A DNA stretch of 10,257 nucleotides from Candidatus Hodarchaeota archaeon (GTDB lineage Archaea; Asgardarchaeota; Heimdallarchaeia; Hodarchaeales; Hodarchaeaceae). The notes beneath the pieces were generated by a model that was given only the letters and a program-made list of their open reading frames with translations, was not told the DNA's origin and ran no database searches. Where the stretch lies: the NCBI GenBank assembly GCA_029856365.1, contig JAHQWW010000130.1, positions 1-10,257 on the forward strand. The letters run 5' to 3'. This document shows positions 1 through 6,877 of the stretch, one piece after another. The translations under genes and the position numbers were made by a program. Positions within the stretch are counted from its first letter, which is position 1. Every line of letters begins with the position of its first letter.

Positions 1-94
1 TAGATGAAGATGAGTAACACACGGAAAAAAGTAAAGTAAAAGAAGGACACTAAAATGTGGATGAATGTTAAGAAGTAATTGAAATAATCAAAGT

Positions 95-316
95 TCAACA
101 TTTGTAACCACGACTCCGTTTATCAGTCTCCGAAATAATAACAAATTTCTTATCGCGAAATACGATCTAGAGAATCCTGTAATCACCAACACGAGTCCGA
201 TAAGTATCTGGACTCCCCTTTATCTTAACATAATCTACCTCAAAAGATTCACTTAATAGGTGCAATTTCGCAAAAATTCGAGCTTCAGTCTTCTCTACAA
301 GACCAGATAAAACTAC
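95..316 (-). pseudogene. relE: RelE/ParE-superfamily (RelE/StbE-type) mRNA interferase toxin, pseudogene
   Basis: Manual minus-strand translation in one frame: VVLSGLVEKTEARIFAKLHLLSESFEVDYVKIKGSPDTYRTRVGDYRIL*IVFRDKKFVIISETDKRSRGYKC*. It has the RelE hallmarks KxKG..., YRxRVGDYRI(L/I)Y and a C-terminal KRSRxY. An in-frame TAG at 167-169 replaces the conserved Tyr. An upstream TAA at 317-319 and a disrupted N-terminus leave no usable start. Not in the ORF track. Confidence 0.85.
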
Positions 317-510
317 TTATATCAGGAAACTGGCCTTATTTATATTTCCATTATGCAATCTGAAAAAAATTGGTTTAAAAAGACCAAATTGAAATGGTAT
401 TTTAATAGATTCAATCCCTCACACCCTAGTGTTACAATGCTCACTTTATCAAACGATGAGTTAGAGAAGAGAACAAGGACATACGTAAATAATTTCGTAG
501 TTATACTACA

Positions 511-630
511 CCAGATTTTAAGTATTAGGCAGTAACGTACATCTTGCATGTAATCCTTATACTCTTAAAGGCCACGTACAAGTATTTTCTCTTCTAAGAC
601 CACACTGATCATCAATACATATATATTAAA
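511..630 (-). pseudogene. C-terminal remnant of an isoprenylcysteine carboxylmethyltransferase/phospholipid methyltransferase (ICMT/PEMT-like) family gene
   Basis: Minus-strand frame reads FNIYVLMISVVLEEKILVRGL*EYKDYMQDVRYCLILKIW. This resembles the family C-terminal pattern: hydrophobic helix, EExxL, GYxxYxxxVxYRLIPxIW. In-frame TAA at 565-567, TGA at 631-633, and the rest of the gene is absent. The listed ORF 340..549 begins inside this remnant. Confidence 0.65.
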
Positions 631-657
631 TCACATAAGTGAATTTGGTTAGCGATT

Positions 658-1056
658 TTATTCTAACAGACGTTTTTCACCTATAAGACCTTTGATTTCG
701 GTGATCACTTGGCTAGATTCCATACATCCAAGATATTCTTCTTTAAGATTTCTCAGTGCGTAATATTCGATTAAAACTTTTTCAATTTTACCATTGATTT
801 TTAAGTCAATCCAGAAACGGGCTTTATCGCGTAAATTATCCTTCATTTCTTGAATAATTTGTTCTACTTTATTTAAGCTTTTATTGGGGTGACACTTTCT
901 GACATCACGACCTAAAACTTTTTCAGACCTCTTAAATAAACGTGTTTCATGTTTATTCCAAGCTAAAACTTTATCATTTTTATCTAGAATAGAAAATTCG
1001 ATTGGAATTGTTTCTAACATTGCTTCTAAAACATCTGAAGGTATTTTGCCTTTCAT
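658..1056 (-). CDS. Stand-alone PAS-domain protein (PAS_10-like, as in the C-terminal PAS of DUF438/hemerythrin-PAS proteins)
   Basis: 132 aa. PAS-like start LEAMLETIPIEFSILDKNDKVLAWN, GRDVRKCHP motif, and C-terminal YLGCMESSQVITEIKGLIGEKRLLE typical of this PAS subfamily. GAGGTTG RBS-like sequence at 1064-1070 (-). Confidence 0.85.
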   Translation of the reverse strand: MKGKIPSDVLEAMLETIPIEFSILDKNDKVLAWNKHETRLFKRSEKVLGRDVRKCHPNKSLNKVEQIIQEMKDNLRDKARFWIDLKINGKIEKVLIEYYALRNLKEEYLGCMESSQVITEIKGLIGEKRLLE

Positions 1057-1075
1057 AAGATAACAACCTCATTAT

Positions 1076-1134
1076 AATCAATTATTGATTTTGGTTTTCT
1101 GAATTCTTAAATTCTGGTTTAGGATTTAAGAATT
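1076..1134. promoter_or_regulatory. Divergent promoter region with two palindromes
   Basis: Perfect 7-1-7 palindrome AATCAAT-T-ATTGATT at 1076-1090. A 14-bp inverted repeat with one mismatch, AATTCTTAAATTCT-ggttt-AGGATTTAAGAATT, at 1102-1134 gives a TATA-like ATTTAAGAA on each strand between the divergent PAS and GNAT genes. Confidence 0.5.
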
Positions 1135-1255
1135 TCTTATTCAATTGAAATATAATAACCAACGATATCGAAGTGAAATAACCAACATTTACACCATAAA
1201 TACCTTTACTCTTGAATCATGCATTGAGGCCTTTTAGATGAGAAGGAGATGCTGA

Positions 1256-2167
1256 ATGAATTATTGTGAGAATTCCAATCGATTTGTTATCATCGATAAT
1301 CCATCTGAAGAAGAGATAAAGATAGTTCAGAAGGGGCTAGAGGATAATAACAAAAGCTATCCGAATGGTGAATTGGATATTCCTACTCCTGATATCAGTT
1401 TGGTATTGAAAGATGATAATGGAAACATCGTTGGGGGAGTGATCACAAGTATGTTAACTGGAGTCATGCATCTTGAGGTTCTTTGGATAGATGAGAAGTA
1501 TCGGGGTCGAGGTTATGGTAGAGATCTTGTATTGCAAGCTGAAAGGATTGGTAAAGAAAAAGGCTACCCAGCATCACAAACATGGACTTTTTCATTTCAA
1601 GCGCCAGGATTTTATCAAAGGATTGGTTACAAGGTTTTAGGAATTTTTGAAGGATATACCGAAGGTATCACTGAATATATTCTCTTAAAGAAATTTGAAT
1701 CAAATGAACAGATACCTAAAGAGGCTAACGGACCAAACCACGATAATTTTACTATTTCTGAAGATGCATCTAAAGACTCAATGAAGATTCTTCACGAAGG
1801 ATTACACAAATACGTCACAAAACAAATTGGTATACTGAGGAAAAAGAATCCTGAAATTAATATTAAATTAGTCATAAAGAAAGAAGATGGCCAAGTTATT
1901 GGAGGAATACAAGCTTATACAACTCTTAAGGCTGTGCATATCGTGCGTCTCTGGGTTGATGAGAATTACCGAAATCAGGGGCATGGTAGAGAGCTCCTGA
2001 CAGGTGCAGAAAGAATTGCCCAAGAGAATGGCTGCATTTCGGGATTAGTGAATGTTTTATCATTTCAATCCCCAGAATTCTTTCAGAAATATGGATATAA
2101 GATCTTCGGGGTTTCTAATGGATATCCTAATTCTATTAAAGAATACTTTCTAATTAAAAGATTCTAG
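1256..2167 (+). CDS. Tandem two-domain GNAT family N-acetyltransferase
   Basis: 303 aa with two acetyl-CoA-binding motif A copies (LWIDEKYRGRGYG and LWVDENYRNQGHG) and two motif B copies (FSFQAPGFYQRIGY and LSFQSPEFFQKYGY). AGGAG RBS at 1244-1248. Confidence 0.93.
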   Translation: MNYCENSNRFVIIDNPSEEEIKIVQKGLEDNNKSYPNGELDIPTPDISLVLKDDNGNIVGGVITSMLTGVMHLEVLWIDEKYRGRGYGRDLVLQAERIGKEKGYPASQTWTFSFQAPGFYQRIGYKVLGIFEGYTEGITEYILLKKFESNEQIPKEANGPNHDNFTISEDASKDSMKILHEGLHKYVTKQIGILRKKNPEINIKLVIKKEDGQVIGGIQAYTTLKAVHIVRLWVDENYRNQGHGRELLTGAERIAQENGCISGLVNVLSFQSPEFFQKYGYKIFGVSNGYPNSIKEYFLIKRF

Positions 2168-2332
2168 GCCTATCATTAGTTGTTGCATTTATAAAAAAAC
2201 GTTTTCTGTGTTGTCGGTATTACTTAAGATTCTTATATGCAAATAATCATTCTCTTTCAATATCAAGAAGCGAAATCAGAATATCAGTTGGAGGTAGCGT
2301 GAGTTTCATTGGAGGTTTCTTGCTTTGTTGAG

Positions 2333-2560
2333 CTAATCCAGATGGAAAAAGATGGAAACATGGCATAAAACATTGGATCGAGATAGTATTAACATACTGA
2401 GTGATTTCTTGCAATCATGAACAGTAGGATCCTTTTGCTCATTCCAGAGTGAGAGAACCATTAAGATGTTATCGAGCTCCAATGTCAGACCCTCAGACAT
2501 CTCGGAATATTCATAATAAAGCGCTTTAATAAGATATGATAATATTCTTGCCTCACTCAC
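2333..2560 (-). CDS. Doubtful small hypothetical ORF or decayed gene fragment
   Basis: 75-codon ORF with a GTG start, 37 nt downstream of and co-directional with the antiporter. No recognisable motif. Confidence 0.15.
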   Translation of the reverse strand: MSEARILSYLIKALYYEYSEMSEGLTLELDNILMVLSLWNEQKDPTVHDCKKSLSMLILSRSNVLCHVSIFFHLD

Positions 2561-2597
2561 TCAAGATGAATTATTTCAAGTCCTTGGTTATTTGAAA

Positions 2598-3914
2598 CTA
2601 GGTACGAAATCTTACTTCTCCTGACCTTTCAACAGCCCATTTTATCGCAAGAGGGCCAAAAATTTGAAACACAATAGTTGTTGCTGTGATTGTGTTAATA
2701 ATTAACAGTCCCATCTCGGGAACTCCAAATGATGCTAGCTTATCGGAAATGAGGACAGCTAATCCAAGTGCTACACCTGCTTGTGAGTAAAGACACGGCC
2801 CTAAGTATTTCCTAACGGTTGGTTCAGCTTTAACCACACTGGAACCAATAAAAGCCCCGATTGATTTTGCCAGAGTTCGGCCGATGAGATAGAATATGCC
2901 AAGAAGACCAATCTGAGTTATAGAAGAAAGTTCAAGGTTTAAGCCAATCAAAACGAAAAATAAGGCAACGATTGGAGAAGCAAGTCGGTACACTTCATGA
3001 AAAATCTGATGAGGTTCATCTTCTCTGACTTCAAGAAGCTCCTCATCAATAAAGTCTAAAATCCCTTCAGTTGAGGATTCAAAAATTTCAGAGATCAATA
3101 CTTTCTTCTGTGGATCAATTTCAGGCCTCTTACAAAAGCTTGCTATGGTAATTCCGAATACCATTGTAGGGAGAATATATGATATTCCCAAGAAACCAGA
3201 GATTCCAATACACACAAGTATCGCTCCAAGAATGAGATTAACGTATTCACCATGTTCCTCTTCGCGATTCAACATAAATGAGAATAATATCCCCGCTATC
3301 AATCCAAGAACAACTGAATATCCCATATCAATGATCATAGGAATGAATAAATTGAATACATCAAATTTACCCCCTTCTAGATGTATCGCTGCATAATCAA
3401 TGGCAAAATCCGTGAGAATAATTGCAAAAATATCATCTAGAGCAAGAATTATCATCGTAGTAACAGTTAATGGCCCTTTACAATCATACTCCCAAAATAC
3501 TGTTGCGGTTCCTGCAGGAGCTGTCGCAGAAGACAAAGCCCCAAATAAAAAAGCCAGGTACATTTCCTGAGTAATCACTAGGACAAGAAATGCAACAAAA
3601 AAGAAGGTAATAAAAGATTCGAAAACAAGAATAATCAAGACCTTGTAGGACATAGATTTAATCGTTTTCCAATCAATTTCCGATCCTAGATTAAAACCAA
3701 TAAAGCCTAAAGCAACAGCAACAACAATATTCGTAATAGTTGCGTAATGATCTTGAAATAATCCGAATGGTCGGAAAACAAGCCCAGCAATAATACCCAC
3801 AAGAATAAATCCTAATATTTCAGGAAATTTTAATTTTTTTAATCCATCGGATCCCAATACCCCGCAAGTGAGAATTAGACCAATTTCTAGAATCAGGGTT
3901 ATCTCTGGCTCCAT
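2598..3914 (-). CDS. Cation:proton antiporter (CPA2 / Na+/H+ exchanger family), no TrkA/KTN domain
   Basis: 438 aa with many hydrophobic TM segments. Motifs P(E)ILGFILVGII, FxxGxE (GFNLGSE), SATAPAGT, ALDD (ion-binding Asp pair), GRTLAK and SQAGVALGL. Confidence 0.93.
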   Translation of the reverse strand: MEPEITLILEIGLILTCGVLGSDGLKKLKFPEILGFILVGIIAGLVFRPFGLFQDHYATITNIVVAVALGFIGFNLGSEIDWKTIKSMSYKVLIILVFESFITFFFVAFLVLVITQEMYLAFLFGALSSATAPAGTATVFWEYDCKGPLTVTTMIILALDDIFAIILTDFAIDYAAIHLEGGKFDVFNLFIPMIIDMGYSVVLGLIAGILFSFMLNREEEHGEYVNLILGAILVCIGISGFLGISYILPTMVFGITIASFCKRPEIDPQKKVLISEIFESSTEGILDFIDEELLEVREDEPHQIFHEVYRLASPIVALFFVLIGLNLELSSITQIGLLGIFYLIGRTLAKSIGAFIGSSVVKAEPTVRKYLGPCLYSQAGVALGLAVLISDKLASFGVPEMGLLIINTITATTIVFQIFGPLAIKWAVERSGEVRFRT

Positions 3915-4061
3915 TTCGAATCACTAAGAAAGGCTTTTTTCTATAATCTTCAAGATTCAAAGGATTACGAATTCGCTTTACTTGTTTATTGTCAAGTCTA
4001 CTTACAATTGTTGAGGTTTCATAATGGATCTTCCTGTGCATTCTATCGTTCCTGAGAATTG

Positions 4062-4140
4062 TTTAATGCAAATTGTAAAATTTCTTTATTGCAAATATGA
4101 ATTAAGTTGATTAATGTCAAAAAGAAGTTTTTTGCATTAA
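4062..4140. promoter_or_regulatory. Cluster of TTA(A/T)TGCAAA motifs upstream of the hydrolase (putative operator)
   Basis: TTTAATGCAAAT (4062-4073), TTTATTGCAAAT (4085-4096), TTAATGTCAAAA (4111-4122) and the inverted copy TTTGCATTAA (4131-4140), all in the divergent antiporter/hydrolase spacer. Confidence 0.4.
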
Positions 4141-4160
4141 TATAGTGAGAGTCTTTAATT

Positions 4161-5030
4161 ATGGAATACGAATATATAGACTTGAATAATACGACGAGAA
4201 AATCACTTCCAGGAGAATTTATACAATTATCAAATGGATATGTACATTATGAACTAGATGGACCAATAGAGGGCGATGTTGTAGTATTAGTACATGGATT
4301 CTCAACCCCATTATTCGTATGGGATCCAACTTTTGAAGTACTGGTTACAGAAGGTTTTAGAGTTTTAAGGTACGATTTATATGGTCGTGGCTATTCCGAT
4401 CGTCCCAAAACTACCTATAATATGGATTTCTTCATCAATCAGCTCTTTGAAGTCATCGATCAGCTTGAACTAACACGTAATACAATCAATCTTGTCGGAC
4501 TCTCCATGGGAGGCGGGATTTGTGTAGTTTTTGCTGACAGATATCCAAACATAATTAAAAAAGTATCTTTAATTGACCCCATAGGTTTTTCAGGAGGAAA
4601 AAATGTCTTATTATCAATTTTAAAGGTTCCAATCCTGAATAGTATAATTCTAAAGTTATATCTTAACCATAACCGAATTATAGAGACTCAAAAGGAAGAT
4701 TTTTACCAATACGTACATATCGATGACTATTTGAGTAAATATGCAGATCAAATGAAATATAAGGGTTTTCTCCATGCAGTTCGCTCTACAGCTTTAAATA
4801 CACCATTTACAAATTTAAAGGGAACTTATGAAAGACTAGGGAAGCGTAATTTACCGATGCAGCTTTTCTGGGGAGAACACGACCAAACTATCCCTTATCC
4901 AACAAGTCAAAAAGTATGTGCCGCTGTTCCATCAATTGAATTCCATACAATTGAAGAAGCTGGACATATGCCTCATTATACACGGCCAGATAAAGTAAAT
5001 TCTCCTTTAGTAGAATTTTTACGAAAATAA
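4161..5030 (+). CDS. Alpha/beta-fold hydrolase (esterase/lipase-like, Abhydrolase_1)
   Basis: 289 aa. Oxyanion loop LVHGFS, YDLYGRGYSDRP, nucleophile elbow GLSMGG, acid in WGEHD and catalytic His in AGHMPH. Confidence 0.95.
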   Translation: MEYEYIDLNNTTRKSLPGEFIQLSNGYVHYELDGPIEGDVVVLVHGFSTPLFVWDPTFEVLVTEGFRVLRYDLYGRGYSDRPKTTYNMDFFINQLFEVIDQLELTRNTINLVGLSMGGGICVVFADRYPNIIKKVSLIDPIGFSGGKNVLLSILKVPILNSIILKLYLNHNRIIETQKEDFYQYVHIDDYLSKYADQMKYKGFLHAVRSTALNTPFTNLKGTYERLGKRNLPMQLFWGEHDQTIPYPTSQKVCAAVPSIEFHTIEEAGHMPHYTRPDKVNSPLVEFLRK

Positions 5031-5115
5031 AATTCTTAGTATTTGAAAACTATGTACAATCTACTTACCCGCCTTTCTTTTAACAACATCAACGTGTTAA
5101 GCAATTCTCATCATT

Positions 5116-5868
5116 TTAAAATTGACCATGCCGTCCTTCACCAGCCATAAATCTCTTAATTCCTTCTTTTGCTTCCTTAAATGAGATGAGACCATGATCA
5201 AATTCATTCATCAAGGCATTCTCCAAACCAAGATCAAATTGTTCATAAGTAGAAAGTCGGTCTTCTCTAAGACATGTTTGAGGAAATTTTGAAATTTCAT
5301 GTGCTAATTTCTCAGCTTCAACTCTCGATTTTCCGTCCTCAACAATACGATTTGCTAATCCAATGGTCAAGGCTTCATCGGCGTACACTGGCCGTCCTGT
5401 AAGTATCATATCAAGAGCTCTGCTTAATCCAATGAGTCTAGGTAATCGTACTGTCCCACCGTCTATCAGAGGCACACCCCATCTGCGATTAAAAACACCA
5501 AATACAGCATTTGTTTCAATCACTCGTAAATCGCACCAGAGCGCAAGTTCAAACCCACCAGCAACAGCATAACCAGATACGGCAGCAATAATAGGTTTCT
5601 TTAACAACATCCTAGTTGGTCCCATAGGCCCATCTCCTGTTTTTTCAATGCGATTTCCAAGTCCCTCTTGAATCGCTTTCAGATTTGCACCAGAGCAAAA
5701 GCAACCATGATCCCCCCAGAGTACTGCTACATGTGCTTTTGAAATTTTAAATTCCTTAAAAGCTTTTGATAAGGCTGCTGCGGTAGAACCATCGACCGCG
5801 TTTTTAACATCCGGGTTATCTATGACAATGGTCCATACTAAGTCTTTCTGTTCAACTCTAATACCCAT
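5116..5868 (-). CDS. Crotonase / enoyl-CoA hydratase-isomerase family protein
   Basis: 250 aa. FCSGANLK, KPIIAAVSGYAVAGGFELALWCDLR, GVPLIDGGTVRLPRLIG and C-terminal GEGRHG. AGGAG RBS (5878-5882, -) overlaps the upstream gene's stop codon. Confidence 0.95.
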   Translation of the reverse strand: MGIRVEQKDLVWTIVIDNPDVKNAVDGSTAAALSKAFKEFKISKAHVAVLWGDHGCFCSGANLKAIQEGLGNRIEKTGDGPMGPTRMLLKKPIIAAVSGYAVAGGFELALWCDLRVIETNAVFGVFNRRWGVPLIDGGTVRLPRLIGLSRALDMILTGRPVYADEALTIGLANRIVEDGKSRVEAEKLAHEISKFPQTCLREDRLSTYEQFDLGLENALMNEFDHGLISFKEAKEGIKRFMAGEGRHGQF

Positions 5869-5880
5869 TATCTACATCTC

Positions 5881-6876
5881 CTAACAGTTAGCTTGTCGTG
5901 CAATGTCTCTCATATTCGATAAGAAAACGTCATTTTCTTTTTTAGTTCCGATTGCTACTCTGATATATCCTGAGAGCCATCTGTCAGTAAGATCAAGAAC
6001 CAAGATTCCTCTTTCAGCAAGTTTCGCTCCTATACTAGGAAAATCTGTCTTGATCAGTAAGAAATTTGTTTTACTTAGATAAACTTGAAACCCCATCCCT
6101 CTTAACTCTTTTCTTACCCTTTCTCTCTCATTAATAGTCAGTAAGACATTTTTCTTAATATAATTTGGATTCTTTATCGCCTCAATCGCTGCAAACAAAC
6201 TGACTTGCGGTAACATTATAGACACTGAGGAAAAGATATCCATAAACATCTCCCCTCCAATGATATATCCAATTCGTGCGCCAGCTAAACCACAAGCTTT
6301 GGAAATCGTTCGAGCAATGGCAAGGTTTGGATACTCTTCCACCATGTCAGCGAAAGTGAAATTAGTGAATTCATAGTATGCTTCATCTATCACAAGTAAA
6401 GCATTTGTATTTTCAAGAATGGCTTCAACAATATTTTTATCTAGTAATATCTTTCCTGTTGGGTTATTCGGGTTATCTATGATGACCAAAGAGGGCTCAT
6501 TCAGTTCTTTGTAAAGTTGATCAGTATTCAAGGAAAATCTTGGTGGTTCAAGAAGAATTTTTGTCAACTTCCTAGAAAACTGTTTTGCTGCAAAAAATGT
6601 TGGAAAAAAGGTTGGATAAACGATAATAACCTTCCTATCCTTTGAAAATATATGAATAATTTCTCTTAATATAAGATCTGAGCCTGGATATGCGATGATA
6701 TGTTTTTTTGGGACTCCTGAGTATTTGGCAAGAGTTTTCGTTATTAGTTCACGATCTTGTGGTGAGGCATAACGATTCAAAAGCAATAGTCCCTTTTTAG
6801 CAGCTTGAATGACATTTGGTGGTGGGGGATAAGGTATCTCATTCATATTCAATTTTATTTTCAATTTTCTTACCAC
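5881..6876 (-). CDS. PLP-dependent class I/II aminotransferase, histidinol-phosphate aminotransferase (HisC)-like
   Basis: 331 aa, GTG start. KLNMNEIPYPP, LNRY, DNPNNPTG, VIDEAYYEF, PLP-lysine motif RTISKACGLAGARIGY, TNFLL and YIRVAIGT. No his genes nearby, so hisC is not assigned. Confidence 0.9.
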   Translation of the reverse strand: MVRKLKIKLNMNEIPYPPPPNVIQAAKKGLLLLNRYASPQDRELITKTLAKYSGVPKKHIIAYPGSDLILREIIHIFSKDRKVIIVYPTFFPTFFAAKQFSRKLTKILLEPPRFSLNTDQLYKELNEPSLVIIDNPNNPTGKILLDKNIVEAILENTNALLVIDEAYYEFTNFTFADMVEEYPNLAIARTISKACGLAGARIGYIIGGEMFMDIFSSVSIMLPQVSLFAAIEAIKNPNYIKKNVLLTINERERVRKELRGMGFQVYLSKTNFLLIKTDFPSIGAKLAERGILVLDLTDRWLSGYIRVAIGTKKENDVFLSNMRDIARQANC

Positions 6877-6877
6877 T

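Noticed and set aside
109-200. Similar short strings CACGACTCCG and CACGAGTCCG, considered as CRISPR-like repeats
   Set aside because: Only two 10-nt imperfect copies, both explained by Arg-x-Arg codons in the RelE remnant. No array is present.
353-535. 60-aa plus-strand ORF, considered as a possible RelE antitoxin
   Set aside because: It is on the opposite strand to relE and shows no RHH/AbrB/Phd-like pattern or clear RBS.
340-549. 69-aa minus-strand ORF
   Set aside because: Its first 13 residues belong to the methyltransferase remnant, and the rest is featureless run-on.
3145-3396. 83-aa plus-strand ORF
   Set aside because: Antisense shadow inside the antiporter gene.
3820-4041. 73-aa minus-strand ORF
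   Set aside because: Overlaps the antiporter start out of frame by 95 nt and has no motif.
5080-5100. TTAACA...TGTTAA hairpin between the convergent hydrolase and crotonase genes
   Set aside because: Only a 6-bp AT-rich stem, too weak to call a terminator.
5363-5572. 69-aa plus-strand ORF
   Set aside because: Antisense shadow of the crotonase gene.
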